Source: a virus (Duplodnaviria > Caudoviricetes). Taken from it: 64,000 nt of DNA. Shown here piece after piece: positions 43,784 to 52,505 of this stretch (the stretch's first letter is position 1; each line of letters begins with the position of its first letter). The translations under genes and the position numbers were made by a program. The stretch is taken from IMG/VR virus record IMGVR_UViG_3300010149_000008; one strand, 5' to 3'. The notes under the pieces are model-generated. The model was given only the letters and a program-made list of their open reading frames with translations. It was not told the origin of the DNA and did not search any database.

Positions 43784-45203
43784 TTTTTAAAGAGTACACA
43801 TTTTCTTTTAAACTATTTTTTGCTCTTTCGTAAGCTTGATTTAGCAATGTTGTATTTTTTTCTGCTCTTCTATTTGAAGATTGTTGTTTATGATAGTCGG
43901 GAGATCTGTCTTTAATTTCTTCATACATGTTTTTTAAAGCTTCAATTTCTTTTTGACTATCATCGCTTTTAATTGATTCTATATACTCTTCAACAAAACC
44001 ATTAAAACTAGGGAATTCTTTTTCTAAAAAATACATTCCTACGTTATAAGACATGTCAATAACTACATCTTGTACTTCATCGTCCATTTTAAACAAATAA
44101 CCGTCTGATAGACCTTTATGATAATCTATTGAATTACTAATATATCCTTCCAAGCACCTTTCAGCAAGTTTTAATGATATTAATCCTCTAGACTCAGCTA
44201 CTTCTTTTTCTAAGTCTAATTCTGACTTTTGATCTTCTAAAGAAGCTTTTCTTTTATCTAGTCTTTTAATTTCTGTCTCAACTGTTTCAGTATAATTTTT
44301 TCTTTTCTTTGCATCTCTTATCTTTTTCCATTTTTTCAGTTCAGCATTCTTTAACTTAATTTTACTTTCAACTTTAGAAATTATTTTATCAAGATTTGCT
44401 TTTTTACTTTCAATAGACTTGCTGAATTTAGCTAATAATTCTTTTTGACTTTCTTGTTCATACTGACTTTTTTCTTCTTCAGATATACCACATTTTGCGT
44501 ACAAATCATCAATCCATGCTTCAGGCAAACTATCAGGGCCTATATTGTCAGCAAAAAAAGTGCCGTATCCTATTGAAACACCAGTTCTATCTTTGTAAGG
44601 GTACGGCTTGAATCCTTCAAATACTTTTATTCTACTTTTAGCTCTTTCTAATAACTTTGTTTTGTTACTTGAAGCAACAGGAACAGACTTTTCTTTTGGC
44701 TTGACTTTAGCTTTCAATGTTGTATTGATATCTTTATTGTCGTCTACTACTATATTTGCTGATGTGTTATATTGAGCTAGAGGTTGTTTCACAATTTGAT
44801 TGCTTGTTTTTTCTATTACTTCTTGTACTTCAACATTATTATCATTAGCAATTTTCTGTAAAGCTTTAAGCTCTTCGGCTGAATTGTCTCCTCCAAAAAA
44901 AATTGCAGCTGCAATCGCTGATATTTTTAAGCCTTTTTTAAGACCTTTTAGTAGTTTATTCATTTTAGGTTTTATTATTGAAGCTTTTTCTAAGTCAACT
45001 TTATTTACTATTGTTTCTGGTTGATCTGTTATTATTGGATTATCAACAACAGTATCATTAAAGTCTAGCGCGCTAATGTCTAACGCAGTGTGCTCTCCTG
45101 CCTGATTCTGTTTAAAACTTTCGTTCAATCTTATACTAGATATTTCTTTAAAAAAATGCTTAAGTAAATAATGATTCTGTTTATTTTCAGCAATTATAAT
45201 CAT
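43758..45203 (-). CDS. Large virion-type protein with T4-like (GH24) lysozyme domain
   Basis: IKVFEGFKPYPYKDRTGVSIGYG (E-x8-D), VIDMSYNVG, S.YHKQ...RA; coiled-coil insert; RLNES leader. Confidence 0.72.
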   Translation of the reverse strand: MIIIAENKQNHYLLKHFFKEISSIRLNESFKQNQAGEHTALDISALDFNDTVVDNPIITDQPETIVNKVDLEKASIIKPKMNKLLKGLKKGLKISAIAAAIFFGGDNSAEELKALQKIANDNNVEVQEVIEKTSNQIVKQPLAQYNTSANIVVDDNKDINTTLKAKVKPKEKSVPVASSNKTKLLERAKSRIKVFEGFKPYPYKDRTGVSIGYGTFFADNIGPDSLPEAWIDDLYAKCGISEEEKSQYEQESQKELLAKFSKSIESKKANLDKIISKVESKIKLKNAELKKWKKIRDAKKRKNYTETVETEIKRLDKRKASLEDQKSELDLEKEVAESRGLISLKLAERCLEGYISNSIDYHKGLSDGYLFKMDDEVQDVVIDMSYNVGMYFLEKEFPSFNGFVEEYIESIKSDDSQKEIEALKNMYEEIKDRSPDYHKQQSSNRRAEKNTTLLNQAYERAKNSLKENVYSLKNAYKILFS

Positions 45204-45279
45204 GTTTAAATGTACCTTTTTGTATTTTTATCATAAGATAAATATGAAATATATTGATTAATTTTAAGAAAGTATAACA

Positions 45280-45573
45280 ATGAAAAGTGATGATTTATAT
45301 ATCATACAATCAGACGTAACAGGAATGATTAAAGTTGGTAGGTCAAAAAACCCTGACAAACGTTTAAAGCAGCTACAAACTGGCAATCCAAACAAGCTTA
45401 GACTTATTGCTTTTTTTAAAGGCGAAGGGTGGAAAGAAAAACTAATTCATGAAGAACTTAAACGTTGGAGAAAAGAAGGTGAGTGGTTTAGCTATGATTG
45501 TGTAGGTAGTATACCCGTAAGTCTTTATGAAAAAATTGATTTTGGTTCATTTGATGATTGGTGGGATAAGTAG
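45280..45573 (+). CDS. GIY-YIG nuclease, T5orf172/MUG113-like
   Basis: LYII...IKVGRSKNPDKRLKQLQTGNP...EKLIH...EGEWF. Confidence 0.85.
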   Translation: MKSDDLYIIQSDVTGMIKVGRSKNPDKRLKQLQTGNPNKLRLIAFFKGEGWKEKLIHEELKRWRKEGEWFSYDCVGSIPVSLYEKIDFGSFDDWWDK

Positions 45574-45609
45574 TTTTATAAAAATAAAATCTATATAAAA
45601 GGAGTTTAA

Positions 45610-46311
45610 ATGAATAAAAATAATAATAAAGAAATTTTTAAAGAATGGGTTTACTTTATTAGAAATACAAATTCCAACATTTTAAAAGAAAGTCTAAACA
45701 TAGAAAATCAAATTGAAAAAGCAAAAAAAAAGATATGCGAAGTAGAAAACCAAAAGTTAAGTATAAGAATAACTAAAGAAGTAAACGAATTCGTATTAAT
45801 TTCTGAAATTGTTGATTCACAAAACACTAGCTTTATTATTGACGATGTAGCTTATATTAGCTTTAAAAAATTTAAATATAGTAATGTTATTGATGAAGAA
45901 AGCAACATTAGAAATTGTTATGTAATTGATTTTACAGAGTTTGTAAAGTATGATTTAGGCCCATTGATGTACGATATCATGATAGAATATGTCTCAAAAG
46001 ATAATTCTGTTTTATGTCCAGATAGATTTGAGATATCTAATGAAGCCAAATCTTTATGGGAAAATTATTTTTACGAAAGAAATGATATAAAAACTGTGCA
46101 GCTAGATATTGAAAATGATTCTTTGGATAATAAAAAATTTCCTAACTTAACTCCGCAGTTAGAGGATGACTTTTATCAGAATGTTTCTATATCACATAAA
46201 GGAACTAGTTGGTATGAAAGCCCGTTTTCAAAAGGATATTATAAAAACAATGCATATGTTATTGAAAAGTTATCATATGATCCATTGTTTATATTAAAAG
46301 GAATTTTATAA
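45610..46311 (+). CDS. GNAT-like putative internal head protein, paralogue 2
   Basis: IFKEW...ILKES leader; LGPLMYDIMIEY, PDR..IS..A..LW, QLD, LTP. Confidence 0.7.
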   Translation: MNKNNNKEIFKEWVYFIRNTNSNILKESLNIENQIEKAKKKICEVENQKLSIRITKEVNEFVLISEIVDSQNTSFIIDDVAYISFKKFKYSNVIDEESNIRNCYVIDFTEFVKYDLGPLMYDIMIEYVSKDNSVLCPDRFEISNEAKSLWENYFYERNDIKTVQLDIENDSLDNKKFPNLTPQLEDDFYQNVSISHKGTSWYESPFSKGYYKNNAYVIEKLSYDPLFILKGIL

Positions 46312-46322
46312 AAGGAAAATAT

Positions 46323-47258
46323 ATGTTAATAAATAGAAAAGAATATAAAAAAATAGTCAAAGAATGGAATAGGTTTAATTCAATTCAAGAAGCATTTAAT
46401 CTTGTAAAAAAGCCTGATCATGTTGATGAAGATGACTGGAAGTTTGATTTTGGTTACGAAGATGAGACTGAAGATAATTACAATCAAGTTTCTTCTAAAA
46501 GTAAAGAATTCTACAATGAATTTGATCCTATTAAAGATAAAGCTAAAATAGAAAAATTTAATTCTAATAACGCTACATACGGTGTTAACTCCAAAATATT
46601 TAGTATAATTAATAAACTTGAGAACTACGTTCAGCAAGAAAGAGAATTAAAAAATGACAACAGCATTGTTGGTAAAATTTTACTTTATGAAGACGAGTAT
46701 GAAGGTTTTGTAAAGTTTGATTTTTCTAATTTTACATCTGCTTGGCCTAACAGCAACAGTCCTGTTTCTAGTACGATTGACTTTGAGTCAACAGACAAAG
46801 ATTGGTCTCCTGGATACGGCAAAGGAGCATATAGACATATGCTTACACATAAGTCAACTATTGGAGTAAGTTCTGTACTTTTTGAAATAATGCTTGAGTT
46901 TGTTTCTGTTGTTAGAGAAAAAGGAATATGCTCTGATCGTTATTCTTCAACTGTTGAGGCACAAAAAAAATGGCAAATATATGCTAATAGAAGTGACGTA
47001 GAAACAGAACAGCTTGACATTAACAAAGACGACTCAGAAAAACATAAATTACCACAACTTACACCAGATGACCCTACAGACGATGCAGCGCAGGGACTTG
47101 CAATAAAACATAAAGGAAACGAGTGGTATAATTCAATTTTTTCTAAAATAATAAAAAAGAAAGATATGAATACAATTAAATACATATGTAATCATTCAAA
47201 TCATTTAGACCTAATAATATCAATAACAAATGAAAGCCAGTTTACTTCAAAAATATAA
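46323..47258 (+). CDS. GNAT-like putative internal head protein, paralogue 3
   Basis: IVKEWNRF..IQEA leader; VSSVLFEIMLEF, SDR, QLD, LTP, DD. Confidence 0.7.
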   Translation: MLINRKEYKKIVKEWNRFNSIQEAFNLVKKPDHVDEDDWKFDFGYEDETEDNYNQVSSKSKEFYNEFDPIKDKAKIEKFNSNNATYGVNSKIFSIINKLENYVQQERELKNDNSIVGKILLYEDEYEGFVKFDFSNFTSAWPNSNSPVSSTIDFESTDKDWSPGYGKGAYRHMLTHKSTIGVSSVLFEIMLEFVSVVREKGICSDRYSSTVEAQKKWQIYANRSDVETEQLDINKDDSEKHKLPQLTPDDPTDDAAQGLAIKHKGNEWYNSIFSKIIKKKDMNTIKYICNHSNHLDLIISITNESQFTSKI

Positions 47259-47277
47259 AACTTTATTATTAAATAAA

Positions 47278-47763
47278 TTAATTATTGTCTATTTTAGGCA
47301 TCCATTCGTCTACTTCTGGATGTAGAACAACTTGATCTTGTCTTTTTGTTTTTATTGGTTTTTCACCGCTGAAAAGTGAAAGCTTATCTATAACAGCTGT
47401 TTGCAACTCAAATATTTGTTCTCTTGCAAGCTGAAGTTGTATTTGAGAGTCTCTTAGCCTACCTATTAAAGCTGCTCGGTCAGCATTTGCAGATGAAAGT
47501 TTGTCTTTAAGCTCTTCAACCTCAGATGGATCTCTTCCTGCAGCTATTGAAAGCATTGAAGATATAGCACCTGTAATCATACCAATCATTCCTACTATTA
47601 TGTCTCGATTGTCTTTCTGGAGAGGAGTAAATGCTAGAAACATTATTAAGCTTATAACAAGAACCATGAAAATAACAGAAAACCACCAACCTCTTTTTGC
47701 TTTTTCTGTCTGCGTAAACTGTTTATTTGATTTTTCTTCTTTTTCATTAATATTTTTTTTCAT
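47278..47763 (-). CDS. 2-TM membrane protein with C-terminal coiled coil
   Basis: Two hydrophobic segments followed by EELKDKLSSAN...LQLAREQIFELQ. Confidence 0.7.
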   Translation of the reverse strand: MKKNINEKEEKSNKQFTQTEKAKRGWWFSVIFMVLVISLIMFLAFTPLQKDNRDIIVGMIGMITGAISSMLSIAAGRDPSEVEELKDKLSSANADRAALIGRLRDSQIQLQLAREQIFELQTAVIDKLSLFSGEKPIKTKRQDQVVLHPEVDEWMPKIDNN

Positions 47764-47782
47764 TTTTTATAGTCCTTTATTT

Positions 47783-48667
47783 TTATAGCACTTCGTTTAA
47801 AACGTTTTGTATAAATTTAATAGCAGGATGTAGCCATCCTAAAAAATACTTAAAGTCTATACCGGTAATGTCAAATATCAGACGGTTTAAACTATCTTTC
47901 ATAGATATATAAAAGACAAAGTAAACTATTATTAAAGCCTCAAAAAAAGCTATTCTGTAAACTAACCACCAAAATATTTCAGACATTTTTTTATGTTTTA
48001 ATCTAGTTTTTATTTTTTTATGTCCACCTATTCTTTTTGCTTTTTCGCTATCTTTAGGCGGCTGCAATTGCATTTCTATTAGGCCGATTGCATATAAAGA
48101 TTCAGGATCACGCACACCTTTAAACTTGTACAATCCTACTAAAGCAATTAACGCATTATCAGGTATATACCTGTTTCTATGCCCGAGTTCTTTGTACGTC
48201 TTATATGCTGAAGCGGAAAGCAGTATTTGCTCAGCAGCACATAAAGACATTGTTCTTGCAGCAATATTTTTACCTATGCCTTCAAGATTAATTCTTTTTC
48301 CGCCAGCTCTTACTATATGTTCTTCAGCTTTGACAATTAACATTTTATCCCAATGTATACCAACTCTACTTCTAAAAGGAAACTTTTTAATTCTTAAAAA
48401 TTTTTTATAATCAAAAGCAAAGGCTATAGCGTCTCCAACAGATCCAAAATACATTAAATGACCATCAGATGCGTCGACTAGACGACCGTTGTGTCTTTGT
48501 ATGAAATTCATGACTGCTTTGTCGTGTACACCAAACCATTGAGCTGCAATTCTAGAGCCATTTCTCTGCACAAATTTTGTACTACCTATTATATCTGTTA
48601 GAACAATTGCAATTTTAGCTTCTATAATATTTTCAGGAAGGCTGCTACTCATTTTTGTCACATACAC
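47783..48667 (-). CDS. Class III nucleotidyl (adenylate/guanylate-type) cyclase with C-terminal TM
   Basis: IVLTDIIGST, VDASDG, RVGIHW, EGIGKNIAARTMSL, EQILLS. Confidence 0.85.
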   Translation of the reverse strand: MYVTKMSSSLPENIIEAKIAIVLTDIIGSTKFVQRNGSRIAAQWFGVHDKAVMNFIQRHNGRLVDASDGHLMYFGSVGDAIAFAFDYKKFLRIKKFPFRSRVGIHWDKMLIVKAEEHIVRAGGKRINLEGIGKNIAARTMSLCAAEQILLSASAYKTYKELGHRNRYIPDNALIALVGLYKFKGVRDPESLYAIGLIEMQLQPPKDSEKAKRIGGHKKIKTRLKHKKMSEIFWWLVYRIAFFEALIIVYFVFYISMKDSLNRLIFDITGIDFKYFLGWLHPAIKFIQNVLNEVL

Positions 48668-48878
48668 AATCTATCTCTAAACAGACAGTACATAAACATT
48701 CAGGCCAAATACAGTTAATAGCTTCAATGTTGCAATGACAGTTTAACTTTTCACATTCACATAAACTATCTTTTTTTTCGCATAATGGACAAAAGCCTTG
48801 AGGTGGCATTTTTTTAGTTAGATCTCTAACAGTATTTTTATTATTATCTTTTATTTTTAATTTTCTAACTAATAACAT
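48645..48878 (-). CDS. Cys-rich metallothionein-like mini-protein
   Basis: 12 Cys in the last ~48 residues. Confidence 0.55.
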   Translation of the reverse strand: MLLVRKLKIKDNNKNTVRDLTKKMPPQGFCPLCEKKDSLCECEKLNCHCNIEAINCIWPECLCTVCLEIDCVCDKNE

Positions 48879-48893
48879 AATATTAACCTGTGA

Positions 48894-49151
48894 CTAACTT
48901 TTTTTCTTAGGCTTCTTACTTAAGAAAAGATGACTTCTAGGTATTTTATTAGGAGGTCCTGAATGGTTTAAAATATTACTAATGTCTTCAATTGATCTTA
49001 TTTTGTCTTTTTCAGATGAAATTTCTTTGGTTTTTAAGTTTTTTCTTTTTATTGTATGTTCATCTTCTATAGACTTCAATAAGTCAGAAAAGCTCTGACT
49101 TTGATTTGCAAAAGAAGATTCGAGAAATATTTTTATATACTTTTTAAGCAT
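48894..49151 (-). CDS. Hypothetical protein with IFLES-type leader
   Basis: GGAG RBS; MLKKYIKIFLES. Confidence 0.6.
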   Translation of the reverse strand: MLKKYIKIFLESSFANQSQSFSDLLKSIEDEHTIKRKNLKTKEISSEKDKIRSIEDISNILNHSGPPNKIPRSHLFLSKKPKKKS

Positions 49152-49216
49152 ATTGACTCCTTTTATTGTTCATTAAATAATTATCAATAAGTTAGACAAA
49201 TAAGGACAAATCAAAA

Positions 49217-49492
49217 ATGTTACTAGATAAAACACCTATGAAAAGTAAAAAATTTATTGCATATATGACTTCTGAACTTGGATGGAAGTGCGTTATTTTT
49301 TATTTGCTATTTCATTTACAAGGAAAATTAGACCATTATTCTTTAGCTATACTTATGACAGTTGTTATTACAAGTGGCTTTATTCAAATAGGATATATAC
49401 TAGGACAAGCAGCTTTAGACAAATATGTAAATGCTGCTGTAGAAATATTAGACAATGATAAAAAAAGGATAGACAGTGAAACAAAAAAATAA
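49217..49492 (+). CDS. Small 2-TM protein (holin-like)
   Basis: MKSKKFIAY start, two TM segments, charged C-terminus. Confidence 0.55.
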   Translation: MLLDKTPMKSKKFIAYMTSELGWKCVIFYLLFHLQGKLDHYSLAILMTVVITSGFIQIGYILGQAALDKYVNAAVEILDNDKKRIDSETKK

Positions 49493-49979
49493 AAATCAAA
49501 AAAGAATATTATCTAAAGCTTTATATAACAGTTATGGAATTATGTTAAAAGAATCAGAAGTAGCTTATTTTGATTTTTTGCTTGAAAAAAATAAATGTTT
49601 TGAAAAGTCTCTTTTGTCTTTTTTTGAAAGCTGTGAAACTAGATATTTTAAAAAAAACAAAATCAAAGAAATAGCAAGAAATATAAAAATAATAAGTGAA
49701 GTAGGAAGAAACATTCACACTCCTAGAGGTAAGGGTGCAGCTCCTGACGGTAAGGGTGCAGCTGGAAATATTACAGATCAGCAACTAGTTGCTGATATTG
49801 AAGGACTTTACTTGGAAGACAGCGTTAACACAATGTCAGGTAAAGAGTCACTGTATATTGAAGACAGAGAAAGTCAGGGTAAAGAAGAAAAAGATAAAAA
49901 CAATATCCATGTAGATATGGAAGAAGACTATATGCATATTTTTACAAGAAATTTAAGGACAAAAAATATTAATAATTAA
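49476..49979 (+). CDS. Hypothetical protein
   Basis: Contains GKGAA twice (15-bp direct repeat 49728/49749). Confidence 0.6.
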   Translation: MKQKNKNQKRILSKALYNSYGIMLKESEVAYFDFLLEKNKCFEKSLLSFFESCETRYFKKNKIKEIARNIKIISEVGRNIHTPRGKGAAPDGKGAAGNITDQQLVADIEGLYLEDSVNTMSGKESLYIEDRESQGKEEKDKNNIHVDMEEDYMHIFTRNLRTKNINN

Positions 49980-50014
49980 TTTTGTAAATTTATTGTAAAT
50001 TAATTATAATAATA

Positions 50015-50290
50015 CTAAAGTTTAAGACGGTTGCGAATTATATCTTTTTGTCGATAAAACATCTCATGATATTTTTGCATCATATCTTTAAAAATATCTT
50101 CTATTGTTTTATCGAAATTTTTATCAATATCACTTAGACGCATACTGCTAGTATGTTTAGAAACATATTTTTCTATTTCTTTTTTTAGTTCGTTTCTTTG
50201 ATATTTTTCTATTTCTTTTTTGACAATAGACTTGATTTTTGAAATTTCTGTCTTGTTAAACTTTTCTTTTAATAATTTTTTATTGCTCAT
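50015..50290 (-). CDS. Hypothetical helical protein with LLKE leader
   Basis: MSNKKLLKE...IVKKEI. Confidence 0.6.
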   Translation of the reverse strand: MSNKKLLKEKFNKTEISKIKSIVKKEIEKYQRNELKKEIEKYVSKHTSSMRLSDIDKNFDKTIEDIFKDMMQKYHEMFYRQKDIIRNRLKL

Positions 50291-50311
50291 TTAAATACTC
50301 AAGGTTGTAAT

Positions 50312-51979
50312 TTGACTTCTTCTACTAACAATAATATATATAATCCTAAAAAGGATATTAATACTTTGAATTGGAAAAGTAGCTTTCCATATTCTTCACC
50401 AAGAGACCAACAAGAAAATTCTATTAATAAAGTTTTAAACGCATTTAAAAACGGTAAAAAATATGCAATAATAGATTGCGGTACTGGAGTAGGAAAGTCT
50501 GCGATTGGTTTAACTATAGCTAAATACATTTCAGACAACGAATATCAATTTAAAGGTGTATATGAAGAAGGTTGCTACTTTTTAACTACACAGAAAGTGT
50601 TACAAGAGCAATATGAAAAAGACTTTAGCAGTAAAGGTTTAGTCTCTTTATCCTCTTCATCAAATTACCAGTGTAATATAGATAAAAAAGCATCATGCAA
50701 AGATATATTAACAGCAAATAGATCTGGAAGTAATAGCAAAAAATTTGAAAAATGTAATTACGAATGTGTGTATAAAGCTAAAAAGAAGAAATTTATAGAA
50801 AAAAGACTTGGAATAACAAATTTTAGTTATTTCTTAACAGAAAAAAACTATAGTCAAAAACTGCCTAATAAAAGAGTTTTAGTTGTAGACGAAGCTCACA
50901 ACTTAGAAAATGAGCTAACAAGATTTATAGAGATATCGGTTTCAAGTTATTTTTCAGAAAAAATCTTAGGCCTTAAAGTTCCTAGAGGGTTAGATACACA
51001 ATTTAAAGTTTACAACTGGATAAAAAATACTTATCACACTTCTCTTAGCAATAAAATAAATTTTATCTCTGCACAAATGAAGAAATTTGGTATTACAAGC
51101 ACTAAACTAGAAGAATTTAAAAAAATCACAAAAAGATATGATTTGCTAAAGAGTCATGAACAAAAAATACTGCAGTTTATACAGCTTTACAGTAAAGATA
51201 ATTGGGTTTTTGACATAGAAAAAACAAACCAAAAGTATATTAAATTTGTTTTTAAACCTATTGACATATCAAAATACGCACATCAATATTTAATGAAGTT
51301 TGCTGACTATATCATTTTTATGTCAGCAACTATTATATCACATGAAGGCTTTAGTCTGACAATTGGTCTGCCTTCAGACGAAATTATATCTATAAAAGAA
51401 GCATCACCTTTCCCGCCAGAAAACAGGCCAATTATATACTCGCCTGCTGGTAGCATGTCAGCAAAAAATATTGACAAAACATTGCCCACAATGGTAAGCA
51501 TGATTAAAGAAATCATGGGAAATCATAAAAACGAGAAAGGTATTGTTCATACACATAGTACTAAAATTGCAAAATATCTAAGTGAAAATATAAAAAGCAA
51601 CAGGATAATAGTTGCTTATGGAGAAAACAGAGACAAAGCTTTAAAGCAACACAATGAGTCTAAAAAGCCTACGATACTAATTTCACCTTCAATGTCAGAA
51701 GGTGTCGACTTAAAAGGAAAACTTTCAGAGTTCCAAATATTATGTAAAGTACCATTTCCTTATTTGGGTGACAAAGTTGTAAAGAAAAAAATGTCTAAGT
51801 GGAAGTGGTGGTATAATACACAAACAATTAGAACAATAATACAAAGTGTAGGTAGAAGTATAAGATCTGAAAAGGATAAAGCAGTTACATATATATTAGA
51901 TAGTGATTGGAAGAGAATTAAGTCTATGTGTAGAAATGATTTTCCAAAGGACTTTTTTGACAATTATCACGAATTCTAA
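50312..51979 (+). CDS. DinG/XPD-like SF2 DNA helicase
   Basis: GTGVGKS, VVDEAH, MSAT, SEGVD, QSVGRSIRS. Confidence 0.9.
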   Translation: MTSSTNNNIYNPKKDINTLNWKSSFPYSSPRDQQENSINKVLNAFKNGKKYAIIDCGTGVGKSAIGLTIAKYISDNEYQFKGVYEEGCYFLTTQKVLQEQYEKDFSSKGLVSLSSSSNYQCNIDKKASCKDILTANRSGSNSKKFEKCNYECVYKAKKKKFIEKRLGITNFSYFLTEKNYSQKLPNKRVLVVDEAHNLENELTRFIEISVSSYFSEKILGLKVPRGLDTQFKVYNWIKNTYHTSLSNKINFISAQMKKFGITSTKLEEFKKITKRYDLLKSHEQKILQFIQLYSKDNWVFDIEKTNQKYIKFVFKPIDISKYAHQYLMKFADYIIFMSATIISHEGFSLTIGLPSDEIISIKEASPFPPENRPIIYSPAGSMSAKNIDKTLPTMVSMIKEIMGNHKNEKGIVHTHSTKIAKYLSENIKSNRIIVAYGENRDKALKQHNESKKPTILISPSMSEGVDLKGKLSEFQILCKVPFPYLGDKVVKKKMSKWKWWYNTQTIRTIIQSVGRSIRSEKDKAVTYILDSDWKRIKSMCRNDFPKDFFDNYHEF

Positions 51980-51993
51980 GGAGTTGATATTAT

Positions 51994-52473
51994 ATGGAAA
52001 AATGTACAGGCGCTGGAATAATAGTTTTTTTTGATAATAGAGGAATTAGACATGAAAAAGTTAAAGGCTTAGAAGAAAATATTCTTTATCTTTTCATGAA
52101 AGGCCTAGACGGTTTTTACGACTTTCCAAAAGGATCTATAGATGAAGGAGAATTTCCTTTAGATTGCGCAATAAGAGAAACATATGAAGAAATAAATTTA
52201 AAAAGTGATGACTATGTTTTTGTCGACAATGTAGGAAAGTCTTTTTTCTCAGAAAAACAAATAAATAATCACGTTTTGAGAATGTATATTGCTGAGATTA
52301 AAAAAGACTGTCTATATAAGCCAATGATACGAAAAAATCCTCATACAGGTATATTAGAACACAAATCTTTTACTTTATCAAGTAAAGAAAAAAAATATGA
52401 AATGCTTCTGCCTTACTTAAAAAATCCTCTTGACTGGGCTGAAAATGTTATTTTACAAAGTTTTAAAACCTAA
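51994..52473 (+). CDS. Nudix hydrolase
   Basis: FPKGSIDEGEFPLDCAIRETYEE Nudix box. Confidence 0.9.
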   Translation: MEKCTGAGIIVFFDNRGIRHEKVKGLEENILYLFMKGLDGFYDFPKGSIDEGEFPLDCAIRETYEEINLKSDDYVFVDNVGKSFFSEKQINNHVLRMYIAEIKKDCLYKPMIRKNPHTGILEHKSFTLSSKEKKYEMLLPYLKNPLDWAENVILQSFKT

Positions 52474-52505
52474 ACTTTTAATTACTATTTGTTATAATTT
52501 ACACT

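Noticed and set aside
45280-45573. GIY-YIG ORF as an intron-encoded homing endonuclease
   Set aside because: It sits between intact divergent and tandem genes with no split host gene or group I core, and at 97 aa it has only the catalytic module.
49728-49763. 15-bp direct repeat GGTAAGGGTGCAGCT twice
   Set aside because: In-frame micro-duplication (GKGAA twice) with no further copies.
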